Source: Acidimicrobiales bacterium
Lineage (GTDB): Bacteria > Actinomycetota > Acidimicrobiia > Acidimicrobiales > Aldehydirespiratoraceae
Direction: 5' to 3'
Assembly (NCBI GenBank): GCA_029246685.1
Contig: JAQWMR010000013.1
Location: 11,931-75,930, forward strand
Length of the DNA stretch: 64,000 nt
Shown here: in pieces, positions 46,960-57,597 of the stretch
Layout: every line of letters begins with the position of its first letter
Position numbering within the stretch: position 1 is the stretch's first letter
Notes under the pieces: generated by a model
Seen by the model: only the letters and a program-made list of their open reading frames with translations
Databases searched by the model: none
Told to the model about the DNA's origin: nothing
Position numbers and translations under genes: made by a program

Positions 46960-49815
46960 GTGACGCTACGCATCGACGTGACCGCCGCCGACGATCCGGA
47001 GGGCGCCCAGGTGCTTGCTGCGGCTCCGCTCGTCGGCGTGGCGACGCTCACCGGCTGCCGCGTGTCGCGGGTGTACCACGTGGCCGGCGAGATCAGTGCC
47101 GACGAGATCGACCGCCTCTGCGCGGAGGTCCTCGTGGATCCCGTCGTCGATCGGCATTCGATCGGTGATCCCCCCGCGTCAGTCGGGCGAGCGGTGGAGG
47201 TCGCGCCGATGGCGGGCGTCACCGATGCCGACGCTCGTGAGCTGGAGCGAGCTGCGAGCCAGCTCGGACTGGCCGAGATCCAGGTGTCCACCGCTCGTCG
47301 CTACGACCTCGAGGGCGACATCGACGAGACCGCTGTGGCCACGATCACGCGCCGACTTCTCGCGAACGACACGATCGAGCGGTCCGTGGAGGGCGCGCTC
47401 GAGCCGATCTTCGCGGGCGAGGCAAGCGTCGATGCCAGCGTCGACCTCGTGCCGCTCGCGTCTCTCTCGGACGACGAACTCGAGGCGCTCAGCCGCGATC
47501 GTGTCCTCTCGCTCGACGTCAACGAGATGCGGGTCATCCAAGCGCACTTCGCAGGTGAAGACCGGCCGCCCACGGACGCCGAGTTGGAGACGCTGGCGCA
47601 GACGTGGTCCGAGCACTGTGTGCACAAGACGTTCCGGGCTCGCATCGAGCTGACCCACACCGCGGCCGATGGCACCGTGACGGTCACCGAACACGACGGC
47701 CTGCTGCCTGCGCTACGCGAGGTCACCGAGGAGCTCGACCCCTGGTGGCTCCGCAGCGCGTTCGTGGACGACGCCGGGATCATCGCGTTCGATGAGGACT
47801 TCGATCTCGCGTTCAAGGTGGAGACTCACAACCACCCCTCGGCGCTCGAGCCGTTCGGCGGCGCGAACACCGGCGTGGGTGGGGTGGTGCGCGACATTCT
47901 CGGGGTCTCCGCCCGACCGATTGCGTGCACCGACGTGCTCTGCTTCGGGCCGAGCGACCTGCCGGACGATCGGCTTCCCACCGGCGTCCTGCATCCGCGA
48001 CGCATCCGCGACGGCGTGGTGGCCGGGATTGGCGACTACGGGAACAAGCTTGGCCTCCCTACCGTCAACGGTGCCGTGATCTACCACGAGGGCTACGTCG
48101 GCAATCCGCTCGTCTACTGCGGTGCGCTCGGCCTTCTCCCCGCGGGATCGCATCCGACCGAAGCACACATCGGCGACCGCGTGATCTCGATCGGTGGCCG
48201 GGTCGGCCGCGACGGCATCCACGGCGCGACGTTCTCCTCCGCCGGCATGGACGCATCCACGGTGGACTCTGTGGGTTCGGCGGTCCAGATCGGTGACCCG
48301 ATAACCGAAAAGGGGTGCATCGAGGTTGTGGAGCGAGCTCGCGACGCCCGGCTCTACACGGCGATCACCGACTGCGGAGCCGGAGGCTTCTCGAGTGCGG
48401 TCGGCGAAATGGGGGAGGACCTCGGCGTCGAGATCGATCTCGCTGGTGTGCCGCTGAAGTATCCGGGTCTGCAGCCCTGGGAGATCTGGCTGTCCGAAGC
48501 GCAGGAGCGGATCGTGATGGCGGTTCCGCCGGACAAGCTCCCCGCGCTGCAGACACTCTGCGACGACTGGGACGTGGAGCTCACCGACCTCGGTCACTTC
48601 ACCGGCGATGAGCGCCTCCGCGTCGGCTACGAGGGTCTCTCGGTTGTCGACATGCCGATGGCATTCCTGCACGACGGACTACCGCGGCGCGACATGGTCG
48701 GTGCGTGGTCGGACGTCGCTCCTGTCGCTCCTGTCGCCCACACGCCCGACGCGAAGCTGGTTCTCGCCTTGCTCGCGCACCCCGACGTGGCCTCCAAAGA
48801 GGACATCGTCCGCCGCTATGACCACGAGGTGCGCGGCGGCACCATCGTGCGGCCCTACGTGGGCCCCGAGGCCGATGGCCCCGCCGACGCCGCAGTGATC
48901 AAGCCGCTCGGAACCGGCCATAACACCATCGCAGCCGTCCTGAGCAATGGCATCTGCCCCCGGGTCGGCTTCCACGACCCTTGGGCGATGGCGCTTCTCG
49001 CCATAGATGAGGCTGTCCGGAACCTCGTAGCCGTCGGGGGCGATCCGGATCGGGTCGCGGTTCTCGACAACTTCTGTTGGGGAGATCCCACGAAGCCCGA
49101 CCGGCTGGGCGGGCTCATTCGGGCGGTGCAGGGCTGCACGGACGGAGCTCGGCGCTATGCGATGCCGTTCATCTCCGGCAAGGACAGCCTCTTCAACGAG
49201 TTCGACGGCCAGGCGATCCCGGGTACGTTGCTCATCTCCGCCGTCGGGCTCGTGCCCGACATGGCGCACGCGATCAACAGTGCGGGCATGCATCCCGGCG
49301 ATGATCTGTGGCTCGTGGGTCGCGGCGGCGCTGCCCTCGGCGGGTCTCTGGTGGACGCGGTGCTGGACCTCGGCGCGACCGAGGTACCGCAGCCGCTCGA
49401 CGACCCGTTGCCGCGCTACCGAGCCCTCCACGCGGCCATCAGCGGTGGACTGATCACCGCGGCGCACGACTGCAGCGACGGCGGCGTGGCCGTCGCCATT
49501 GCCGAGATGGCAATCGCCGCCCGCGCCGGTGTTCACGTGACGGTTCCAGCCGACGGGCTCGACCCACTCGGCGCGCTCACCAATGAGGCGCCGGGCCGAC
49601 TGGTGGTCGCGGCCAGTCCCTCCGATCGCGATGCCGTCGCCGCGGCGCTGGGGTCCTTCGGTCGCCGCGTCGGCGAAGTGATGGATGACGACCGGATCGC
49701 CATGCGCGTCCCCGACGCCGATGACGCTGCCGCGGGCTTGGACCAGGCGAGCCACACGATCATCGAGGTGTCGATCGCCGACGCACTCGCCGCGTTCACG
49801 GGGGGCGACGCATGA
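46960..49815 (+). CDS. purL: FGAM synthase large subunit with fused N-terminal PurS-like domains
   Basis: QTWSEHCVHK, KVETHNHPS, GANTGVGG, DCGAGG, HDCSDGG; N-terminal PurS-like repeats ending LVDPVVD and LLANDTIE. Confidence 0.93.
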   Translation: MTLRIDVTAADDPEGAQVLAAAPLVGVATLTGCRVSRVYHVAGEISADEIDRLCAEVLVDPVVDRHSIGDPPASVGRAVEVAPMAGVTDADARELERAASQLGLAEIQVSTARRYDLEGDIDETAVATITRRLLANDTIERSVEGALEPIFAGEASVDASVDLVPLASLSDDELEALSRDRVLSLDVNEMRVIQAHFAGEDRPPTDAELETLAQTWSEHCVHKTFRARIELTHTAADGTVTVTEHDGLLPALREVTEELDPWWLRSAFVDDAGIIAFDEDFDLAFKVETHNHPSALEPFGGANTGVGGVVRDILGVSARPIACTDVLCFGPSDLPDDRLPTGVLHPRRIRDGVVAGIGDYGNKLGLPTVNGAVIYHEGYVGNPLVYCGALGLLPAGSHPTEAHIGDRVISIGGRVGRDGIHGATFSSAGMDASTVDSVGSAVQIGDPITEKGCIEVVERARDARLYTAITDCGAGGFSSAVGEMGEDLGVEIDLAGVPLKYPGLQPWEIWLSEAQERIVMAVPPDKLPALQTLCDDWDVELTDLGHFTGDERLRVGYEGLSVVDMPMAFLHDGLPRRDMVGAWSDVAPVAPVAHTPDAKLVLALLAHPDVASKEDIVRRYDHEVRGGTIVRPYVGPEADGPADAAVIKPLGTGHNTIAAVLSNGICPRVGFHDPWAMALLAIDEAVRNLVAVGGDPDRVAVLDNFCWGDPTKPDRLGGLIRAVQGCTDGARRYAMPFISGKDSLFNEFDGQAIPGTLLISAVGLVPDMAHAINSAGMHPGDDLWLVGRGGAALGGSLVDAVLDLGATEVPQPLDDPLPRYRALHAAISGGLITAAHDCSDGGVAVAIAEMAIAARAGVHVTVPADGLDPLGALTNEAPGRLVVAASPSDRDAVAAALGSFGRRVGEVMDDDRIAMRVPDADDAAAGLDQASHTIIEVSIADALAAFTGGDA

Positions 49816-50600
49816 GCGCCCCACCGATCCTCATCCCTCACGCGTCCGGCACGAACCGCGACGGCGAGGCAGCTCAGGCCGTCGAGCTCGCGGGTGGTGA
49901 CCCCCGCATCGTTCACATCAACGAACTCCGTCGCGGGGATGTGGCGTTCGCCGATCATGCCGCGGTCCTGCTTCCGGGCGGGTTCTCGTACGGCGATGCG
50001 CTCGGCGCCGGCGGTCGTCTCGCGCTCGAACTGCGGACCTGGTTCGGCGAGGAGCTCGCCGCCACCGTGGCAGCTGGAAAGCCCCTCTTGGGGATCTGCA
50101 ACGGCTTCCAGGTTCTCGTGAAGGCGGGGCTGCTCCCTGGGCCGATGTCCGCGCCACGCGAGGTGACGCTCACCGAGAACGCTCGGGGTCGCTTCGAGTG
50201 CCGCTGGGTGACGCTGCGGGTCGATGTCGGCACGCCGAGTTGGCTCAGTGCCGCCCACGGGGCGCTGATCCGGTGCCCGGTCGCCCATGGCGAGGGCCGC
50301 ATCGCGGTCGCGGATCCACGCGTCACCCAAGAGATCGAGGATCGCGGGCTCGTGGCGTTTCGCTACATGCATACCGGTGCAGCGCCGCTCGAGGACCCGC
50401 TCAAGCCGGCCGATGGTGCGTATCCGGCCAACCCCAACGGCAGCGTGAACGACATCGCGGGCCTCTGCGATGCCCCCGGTGCAGTCGTCGGGCTGATGCC
50501 GCACCCGGAGGACCACGTCCTGTCGTGGCAACGCCCGTCCGGTCCGGAGGAGGGCGCCGGCCTCCCCGTGTTCGAGGCGTTCGTCGGAGCCGCGCGGTGA
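49812..50600 (+). CDS. purQ: FGAM synthase glutaminase subunit
   Basis: GTNRD, PGGFSYGD, GICNGFQ, AHGEG, NPNGS, MPHPE. Confidence 0.95.
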   Translation: MSAPPILIPHASGTNRDGEAAQAVELAGGDPRIVHINELRRGDVAFADHAAVLLPGGFSYGDALGAGGRLALELRTWFGEELAATVAAGKPLLGICNGFQVLVKAGLLPGPMSAPREVTLTENARGRFECRWVTLRVDVGTPSWLSAAHGALIRCPVAHGEGRIAVADPRVTQEIEDRGLVAFRYMHTGAAPLEDPLKPADGAYPANPNGSVNDIAGLCDAPGAVVGLMPHPEDHVLSWQRPSGPEEGAGLPVFEAFVGAAR

Positions 50601-51568
50601 CCGTGGACCTCGCCCCGGCGTTCGCGACGCCGTTCGATGGCATCGACGCGGCCGCGGTCGCCGATGCCGGGCCGATGACCCGTGGCAAGGTGCGCGACAT
50701 CGTGGATCTCGGCGACACGCTCGCCCTGATCGCGACGGACCGCATCTCCGCATTCGACCGCGTTCTCGGGACTGTGCCGTACCGCGGGCAGGTACTCAAC
50801 GAGCTCGCTGCTTGGTGGTTCGAGCGAATCGCCGACATCGTCGCCGGCCACGTCGTCGCCGTGCCCGACGCTAACGTCACCATCGGTCGCAAGTGCGCCA
50901 CCCTGCCCGTCGAGGTGGTGGTGCGGGGTCGGCTCTCCGGATCCACATCGACGGCGCTGTGGACCGGCTATGCGCAGGGGTGCCGTGAGATCTACGGGAT
51001 CACCTTCCCGGATGGCATGGCGAAGAACGATGCCCTGCCTGAGCCGATCATTACGCCCACGACCAAGGCTGAGCAGGGCGGTCACGACGAGCCGATCACC
51101 GAGCTCGAGATCGTGGAGCAGGGGCTCGTGGACGCCGAGCGGTGGGACGAGGTACGGACCGCTGCTCTCGCGCTCTTCGCCCGCGGCGAGGAACTCGCGG
51201 CCGAGTCGGGTCTGGTCCTCGTCGACACGAAGTACGAGTTCGGGATCGACCCTGAGGGCCAGCTCACGATCATCGACGAAGTGCACACTCCAGACAGCTC
51301 CCGCTACTGGCGGGCGGCCTCGGTCGATGAGCGTCTTGGGGCCGGCCTCGAGCCGGAGAACCTGGACAAGGAAGCAGTGCGCCTCGTGTATGCGGAGCGC
51401 GGGTACACCGGCGACGTTGAACCGCCGCCACTCGATCGCCCGCTGGCCGAGCTGGCCGCCGAGGTCTACCAAGAGGCGTTCACCGCGCTCACCGGCGAAG
51501 CCCTGAAGCCGGCGCCCTATCCCGCGGCGCCACGGGTCGTCGACGCGATCCGAGCGGCGGCATCGTGA
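50597..51568 (+). CDS. purC: SAICAR synthase
   Basis: [38 protein letters not shown]. Confidence 0.95.
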   Translation: MTVDLAPAFATPFDGIDAAAVADAGPMTRGKVRDIVDLGDTLALIATDRISAFDRVLGTVPYRGQVLNELAAWWFERIADIVAGHVVAVPDANVTIGRKCATLPVEVVVRGRLSGSTSTALWTGYAQGCREIYGITFPDGMAKNDALPEPIITPTTKAEQGGHDEPITELEIVEQGLVDAERWDEVRTAALALFARGEELAAESGLVLVDTKYEFGIDPEGQLTIIDEVHTPDSSRYWRAASVDERLGAGLEPENLDKEAVRLVYAERGYTGDVEPPPLDRPLAELAAEVYQEAFTALTGEALKPAPYPAAPRVVDAIRAAAS

Positions 51569-51644
51569 TCCGGATTCATCCCCCGCGGGTGCCGTTCGCC
51601 GCGCGAGGATGCACACTGGTCGGGAGCTCGGGGAGGACGACCGC

Positions 51645-52136
51645 GTGAGTGACGATCCGCTCGTCGGCGTGATCATGGGCAGCGACTCCGATTGGGAGAC
51701 GATGCAACTCGCTGCCGACACCCTCGGCGACTTCGGCGTGGCCTACGAGGCCCGCGTCGTCTCGGCCCATCGCACGCCGGATCTGATGGTCGAGTACGCG
51801 GAAGCCGCCGAGACGCGCGGACTCCAGGTGATCATCGCCGGCGCCGGTGGCGCGGCCCATCTGCCGGGCATGGTGGCCGGCCACACGATCGTTCCGGTGA
51901 TCGGCGTGCCGATCAAGAGCCGCGCCCTCAACGGGATGGACTCCCTCCTCTCGATTGTCCAGATGCCGGGCGGCGTCCCGGTGGCAACGATGGCGATCGG
52001 GCCGGCGGGCGCAACCAACGCGGGGTTAATGGCGGTGGCCGTGCTGGCCCGCCACGACGACGCGCTGGCCGATGCGCTTCACTCCTACCGCGCTCAGCGA
52101 AATGCCCAAGTTCGCTCGATCGAGCTGGACCACTGA
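51645..52136 (+). CDS. purE: N5-CAIR mutase
   Basis: [32 protein letters not shown]. Confidence 0.97.
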   Translation: MSDDPLVGVIMGSDSDWETMQLAADTLGDFGVAYEARVVSAHRTPDLMVEYAEAAETRGLQVIIAGAGGAAHLPGMVAGHTIVPVIGVPIKSRALNGMDSLLSIVQMPGGVPVATMAIGPAGATNAGLMAVAVLARHDDALADALHSYRAQRNAQVRSIELDH

Positions 52137-52138
52137 CG

Positions 52139-53275
52139 ATGGCGCCGCTACTCCCCGGATCTACGATCGGTGTGGTGGGTGGCGGACAGCTCGGGCGGAT
52201 GCTGACACAGTCGGCGCATCAGCACGGATACCGGGTGGCTGTGTTCACCGGTGGGGCAAAGGACAGCCCTGCGGGCCGGATCGCCGAGATTGAGGTCGCC
52301 GCCCCGTTTGATGATGAGACAGCGCTGGCACGTTTCTTTGCCGAAGCCGACGTGGTCACCTGGGAGTTCGAGAACGTCGACCCGGCTCTGGGCACGGCGG
52401 CCGAAGAGGCCGGCCTCGCTGTGCGGCCCTCCGGGGCGATCATCGAGGCCGCTCAGGACCGAGAGAAGGAGAAGCGAGCGCTCGAGTCGGCAGGCGTGGG
52501 CGTGGCGCCGTGGCGGAGCGCGACCACCGCAGACGAGCTCCGCCGGGCCGTGACCGAGCTCGGAGTGCCCGTGATCGCCAAGTCGGCGCGCTTCGGCTAC
52601 GACGGCAAGGGGCAGGTCAGGATCGACGATGCGGCTGAGGTGGACGCCGCGTGGGTACGGCTCGAGGGAGCCCGCCTCGTGGTCGAATCGGTGATCGAGT
52701 TCGAACGTGAGCTGTCGGTCATCATCGCCCGGAGCGCGGATGGCGACATCGCGGATCACGGGGTCATGGAGAACGACCACGTCCACCACATCCTCGACAC
52801 CACGATGACCCCACCGCGCCTTCCGGCGGAGCGGATCGAGGAAGCTCGTGCGCTTGCACGCAGCGTTGCGAAGGGATGGGGCCTCGTCGGCGTGCTCTGC
52901 GTGGAGATCTTCGACACCGGCACCCGGATGCTCGTGAACGAGGTCGCGCCGCGGCCACACAATTCCGGCCACTGCACGATCGAGGCCGCCGCTGCGAGTC
53001 AGTTCGAGCAGCAGCTCCGAGCAGCCTGCGGGCTTCCGCTCGGCGATGGTTCCTGTCGGCCGGCGGCGATGGTTCAGCTGCTCGGCGACCTCTGGGACGA
53101 TGGCGAACCGGCGTGGGCGGACGCTCTCGCGGACCCTGCCGTTCACCTTCATCTCTACGGCAAGGCCGATGCCTGGCCGGGCCGCAAGATGGGCCACATC
53201 ACCTGTGTGGGCGACGATGCCGACCAGGCATTACAACAAGCTCTTGATGCGCGTACTGCGCTTTCCGGACGGTGA
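52139..53275 (+). CDS. purK: N5-CAIR synthase
   Basis: GGGQLGRM, EFENV, GYDGKGQ, NEVAPRPHNSGH, RKMGH. Confidence 0.96.
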   Translation: MAPLLPGSTIGVVGGGQLGRMLTQSAHQHGYRVAVFTGGAKDSPAGRIAEIEVAAPFDDETALARFFAEADVVTWEFENVDPALGTAAEEAGLAVRPSGAIIEAAQDREKEKRALESAGVGVAPWRSATTADELRRAVTELGVPVIAKSARFGYDGKGQVRIDDAAEVDAAWVRLEGARLVVESVIEFERELSVIIARSADGDIADHGVMENDHVHHILDTTMTPPRLPAERIEEARALARSVAKGWGLVGVLCVEIFDTGTRMLVNEVAPRPHNSGHCTIEAAAASQFEQQLRAACGLPLGDGSCRPAAMVQLLGDLWDDGEPAWADALADPAVHLHLYGKADAWPGRKMGHITCVGDDADQALQQALDARTALSGR

Positions 53276-53281
53276 TTCTGC

Positions 53282-54706
53282 GTGTTTCCGCTAGGTGACG
53301 ACCTCCACGAAGAATGCGGGGTGGTCGGTATTCATGCCCCTGGGCAAGATGCCGCCCGACTCGCGTTCTTTGCGCTCTACACGCTGCAACACCGCGGTCA
53401 GGAGGCGGCCGGCATCGTCACCAGTGACGACGGCGTCGCCCACATCCACAAGGGGCAAGGCCTCGTTGCCAGCGTGTTCAACGAGGAGAACCTCTCGACG
53501 CTGCCGGGCGACCTGGCGATCGGTCACAACCGCTATTCGACCACCGGTGGGTCCGGGCTACGCAATGCCCAGCCCCAGGTCATCGAGACCATCGAAGGCC
53601 CGCTCGGCGTCGCTCACAACGGCAACCTGGTCAATGCCCACATGTTGCGCCGGGAGCTGCTCGAGCGCGGCGTCGGCCTGCAGACGTCGAGCGACACCGA
53701 GGTGATGGTGCACCTGCTCACCGGCGCGGGCGGCGATTGGATGAGCCGCATCAAGGTCCTGATGAGCCGGGCCGAGGGAGCGTTCGCGCTCACCATTCTC
53801 ACCCGTGATGCCGTCTACGGCGTCCGCGATCCGTGGGGGTTCCGTCCGCTCGTCATCGGCGAGATCGAGTCCGGCTACGTCCTGGCCTCTGAGACCTGTG
53901 CGTTCTCGGCTATCGGCGCCACGTTCCTGCGCGAGGTCGAGCCCGGCGAGATCGTTCGCATCGACGACAACGGCCTCCGCATCGAACAGGGCGCGGTGCC
54001 GAAGCAGAAGGCCTTCTGCACCTTCGAGCAGATCTACTTCTCACGGCCCGACTCCATGCATGACGGGCAGCTCGTCCACTCCACCCGTCAGCGGCTCGGA
54101 CGAGAGCTCGCCCGAGAAGCACCAGTCGAGGCGGACCTGGTCTGCCCCGTGCCGGACTCCGGCACGCCTCATGCCGTCGGTTTCGCCCAGGAGTCGGGCA
54201 TTCCCTACACGGAGGGGCTGATCAAGAACCGCTATGTGGGTCGGACGTTCATCGAGCCAACCCAGCAGCTTCGCGACGCCGGCGTGGCCATGAAGTTCAA
54301 CCCACTGGGCGACAACCTCTTCGGCAAGCGCGTGGTGATGGTCGACGACTCGATCGTGCGAGGCACGACATCGGGCCCGCTCGTGCAGATGTTGCGCGAT
54401 GCCGGAGCCGCTGAGGTTCACGTGCGGGTCGCGTGTCCGGCAATTACTGACCCCTGCTACATGGGCGTCGACATGGCGTCGCAAGACGAGCTGATCGCCG
54501 CGACCAAGAGCGTGGACGAGATCTGCGAGCACATCGGCGCGGATTCACTCGCATTCCTGTCGATCGAAGCGCTCATGCGGGGCCTCGAGGCCGATGAGGG
54601 CTACTGCAACGCCTGCTTCACCGGGTCCTACCCGTTCGAGTCCGAGCGCTTCGTCCAGCTGCAGTTGAAGACGAAGGAACAGTTCGCCCAGGTGTGGGGC
54701 GACTGA
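53282..54706 (+). CDS. purF: Amidophosphoribosyltransferase
   Basis: EECG propeptide cleavage site, QHRGQ, GHNRYST, VDDSIVRG, Fe-S cysteines (CNACF). Confidence 0.97.
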   Translation: MFPLGDDLHEECGVVGIHAPGQDAARLAFFALYTLQHRGQEAAGIVTSDDGVAHIHKGQGLVASVFNEENLSTLPGDLAIGHNRYSTTGGSGLRNAQPQVIETIEGPLGVAHNGNLVNAHMLRRELLERGVGLQTSSDTEVMVHLLTGAGGDWMSRIKVLMSRAEGAFALTILTRDAVYGVRDPWGFRPLVIGEIESGYVLASETCAFSAIGATFLREVEPGEIVRIDDNGLRIEQGAVPKQKAFCTFEQIYFSRPDSMHDGQLVHSTRQRLGRELAREAPVEADLVCPVPDSGTPHAVGFAQESGIPYTEGLIKNRYVGRTFIEPTQQLRDAGVAMKFNPLGDNLFGKRVVMVDDSIVRGTTSGPLVQMLRDAGAAEVHVRVACPAITDPCYMGVDMASQDELIAATKSVDEICEHIGADSLAFLSIEALMRGLEADEGYCNACFTGSYPFESERFVQLQLKTKEQFAQVWGD

Positions 54707-54707
54707 G

Positions 54708-55994
54708 GTGGGCCGCCGCGTCCTCGTGATCGGCGGTGGAGGCCGCGAGCACGCGCTCGCCTGGACGCTGGCCCGTTCGTCGCAGGTCGACGAGATCCTC
54801 GTCGCACCTGGCAATGCCGGCACCGCCACGGAGCCCCGTTGCCGCAACGTCGCCGTCGCAGCGACGGACATCGAGGGCATCCTTTCGCTCGTCGCCGACG
54901 AGGAGATCGATCTCGTGGTCGTCGGGCCTGAGGACCCACTCGTGGCGGGCGTGGTCGACCGTCTCGCCGAAGCCGGCGTGCGGGCATTCGGGCCGAGTGC
55001 CGCCGCCGCACAGCTCGAGGGTTCCAAGTCGCATTGCAAGGACTTCCTCGTGCGTCATGGGATCCCGACCGGCGCCGCCGCCACCTTCACCGATGTCGAC
55101 GAGGCCCTTGCCCATCTTCGGTCTCTGCCCGCTGTCCCGGTCATCAAGGCCAGCGGCCTCGCCGCGGGAAAGGGTGTGATCGTCGCAGAGACCGAGGAAG
55201 AGGCCGCCCAAGCCATTCGCGAGATCCTCCTGGATGGCCGCTTTGGATCGGCGGGTGATGAGGTGCTGCTCGAGGAGCGGCTCCACGGTCCGGAAGTGTC
55301 GATCCTTGCGTTCTGTGACGGGCTCGACTTCCATGTCATGCCGGCTGCCCAGGACCACAAGCGGCTGGGTGAGGGCGACATGGGCCCCAACACCGGTGGC
55401 ATGGGGGCATTCCACCCGTCACCGATCGCCGACGATGCGCTGCTCGAACAGGTCGGCAAAGAGGTGATCGCGCCCACGCTGCAAGCAATGCTCGACGAGG
55501 GACGGCCCTACCGCGGGGTGCTCTACGCCGGCATGATGCTGTCGGCCGATGGCCCCAAGGTCATCGAGTTCAACTGCCGCTTCGGCGACCCAGAGACCCA
55601 GGTGGTGCTTCCCCTCCTGGCCAGCGACATCGTCGATGTCATCGATGCCTGCATCGACGGAACGCTGGGCGACACCGAAGTCCAATGGGCTGACCGCGCC
55701 GCCGTCACCGTCGTGATGGCCAGCGAGGGTTACCCTGTGTCGAGTTCGGCGCCCACGGCGATCTCAGGACTGGATGATGCCGGCGACGGGAACCGCGTGG
55801 TGTTCCACGCCGGCACCGCCATGGCCGACGGAGTTCCTCACACGGCCGGAGGACGCGTCCTCGCCGTCACCGCGGTTCGCTACACGCTCGCCGCCGCAGC
55901 CGACGCAGCCCACGAAGGCGTCGCGCGAGTGAACTTCGCGGGCGCACAACACCGCGACGACATCGCCAGGGCGACGGCAGAGGTGACCCGATGA
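54708..55994 (+). CDS. purD: Phosphoribosylamine-glycine ligase
   Basis: GGGGREHAL, GLAAGKGV, QDHKR, NTGGMG, EFNCRFGDPE. Confidence 0.97.
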   Translation: MGRRVLVIGGGGREHALAWTLARSSQVDEILVAPGNAGTATEPRCRNVAVAATDIEGILSLVADEEIDLVVVGPEDPLVAGVVDRLAEAGVRAFGPSAAAAQLEGSKSHCKDFLVRHGIPTGAAATFTDVDEALAHLRSLPAVPVIKASGLAAGKGVIVAETEEEAAQAIREILLDGRFGSAGDEVLLEERLHGPEVSILAFCDGLDFHVMPAAQDHKRLGEGDMGPNTGGMGAFHPSPIADDALLEQVGKEVIAPTLQAMLDEGRPYRGVLYAGMMLSADGPKVIEFNCRFGDPETQVVLPLLASDIVDVIDACIDGTLGDTEVQWADRAAVTVVMASEGYPVSSSAPTAISGLDDAGDGNRVVFHAGTAMADGVPHTAGGRVLAVTAVRYTLAAAADAAHEGVARVNFAGAQHRDDIARATAEVTR

Positions 55995-56989
55995 CCTCGT
56001 ATCGCGATGCCGGCGTCGACATCGATGCCGGAAACCGCACCGTCGAACTGCTCGGTGAGGTCGTCAAGGGGACCAACACCGCCGAAGTGCTGTCTGAACT
56101 GGGCGCGTTCGGTGGGCTGTTCGCGGCCGACAACCTCGGTCCCGGCAAGGTGCTCGTCGCCTCCACCGACGGCGTCGGGACGAAGGTCGAGCTCGCCGCA
56201 CGTCACGGAGCCTGGCGCGGCGTCGGGGCTGATCTCGTGAATCACTGTGTGGACGACATCCTCGTGCAGGGTGCTCGGCCGCTGTTCTTCCTCGACTACA
56301 TCGCGACAGCCTCGCTGGTGCCGGAGATCGTTGCGGAGGTCGTCACCGGCATGGCCGAGGCCTGCCAGGCGGTCGGCTGCGCGCTTCTTGGAGGGGAGAC
56401 GGCCGAGATGCCCGGCGTCTACATGCCGGGCGCCGTCGACATCGCGGGGACGATCGTCGGCGTTGCCGAGCGTGACCGGCTGTGGCCCAGCACCGACGAT
56501 CTTGCCGAAGGCGACCTGCTTGTCGGGCTGGCCAGTCGGAGCCCCCACACCAACGGCTACTCGCTCATACGGCTGCTGCTCGAAGACAACGAACCCACAG
56601 CCGAGATGCTGGAGTGGCTGCTCACGCCGCACATGCCATACATCTCCGAGGTCGATGCGCTGACGGCCGCCGGGGTCGACATCCTCGCGCTCGCGCACAT
56701 CACCGGTGGTGGCCTCTTCGAGAACGTCCCCCGCGTGCTGCCTGACAATCTCGCCGCCCAGTTCGAGCTCGGCAGCTGGGACGTGCCGGACCACTTCCGC
56801 ACCCTGGTGGGCTGGGGCGAGGTGCCCGACGAAGAGTCCTTCCGCGTGTGGAACATGGGAGTCGGCCTCGTCGTCGCGGTTCCCGCGGCCCAACGTTCGC
56901 TCGTGAACGAGCTGGACCTTCCGATCATCGGCGAACTCGTCGCCGCGACTGGAGACGAGCGGGTCAGCCTTGTCGGGGACTGGCGGTGA
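55991..56989 (+). CDS. purM: AIR synthase
   Basis: YRDAGVDI, TDGVGTK, GGETAEMPG, HTNGYS, HITGGG, NMGVG. Confidence 0.96.
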   Translation: MTSYRDAGVDIDAGNRTVELLGEVVKGTNTAEVLSELGAFGGLFAADNLGPGKVLVASTDGVGTKVELAARHGAWRGVGADLVNHCVDDILVQGARPLFFLDYIATASLVPEIVAEVVTGMAEACQAVGCALLGGETAEMPGVYMPGAVDIAGTIVGVAERDRLWPSTDDLAEGDLLVGLASRSPHTNGYSLIRLLLEDNEPTAEMLEWLLTPHMPYISEVDALTAAGVDILALAHITGGGLFENVPRVLPDNLAAQFELGSWDVPDHFRTLVGWGEVPDEESFRVWNMGVGLVVAVPAAQRSLVNELDLPIIGELVAATGDERVSLVGDWR

Positions 56990-57597
56990 CGGGGCGACTC
57001 GTCGTCCTCGCCTCCGGCTCCGGCTCAAACCTGCAAGCCCTCATCGACGCGATTGCCGGCGGCCGGCTCGATGCGTCGATCGAGGCGGTCTATGTCAACC
57101 GACGTTCGGCCTACGCCCGCGAACGGGCCGATGACCACGGCATTCCCCAGAACTTTGTACCGCTCGGGCCGTTTCGCGACGCGTACGCGGAACCCCGGAA
57201 GGCCAGAGAGGCCTACGATACCGCGCTGGCGGGTCGCATCGCCGAGCATCGTCCGGACGCGATCGTTCTGGCCGGTTGGATGCACATCTTCACGAGCGCG
57301 TTCCTCGACCAGTTCGCCGGCAAGGTCATCAATCTCCATCCGGCGCTGCCGGGCACGTTTCCTGGCGCGAACGCGATCGACGACGCCTGGGCTGCCCATC
57401 AAACGTCCGGTCTCGAACGCACGGGCGTGATGATCCATCTCGTTCCGGACGAAGGCCTGGACGACGGTCCGGTCCTAGCGTCCGCTGCGGTGCCGATCCG
57501 CTCGGACGACACCCGGGAGTCCCTCGAGCAACGCATACACGACCTCGAACATGAGCTGCTCGTGTCGGCTGTAGCCGACCTGATCGGCGCGCCATGA
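56986..57597 (+). CDS. purN: GAR formyltransferase
   Basis: ASGSGSNLQA, LAGWM, INLHPALP, LDDGP. Confidence 0.95.
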   Translation: MTGRLVVLASGSGSNLQALIDAIAGGRLDASIEAVYVNRRSAYARERADDHGIPQNFVPLGPFRDAYAEPRKAREAYDTALAGRIAEHRPDAIVLAGWMHIFTSAFLDQFAGKVINLHPALPGTFPGANAIDDAWAAHQTSGLERTGVMIHLVPDEGLDDGPVLASAAVPIRSDDTRESLEQRIHDLEHELLVSAVADLIGAP

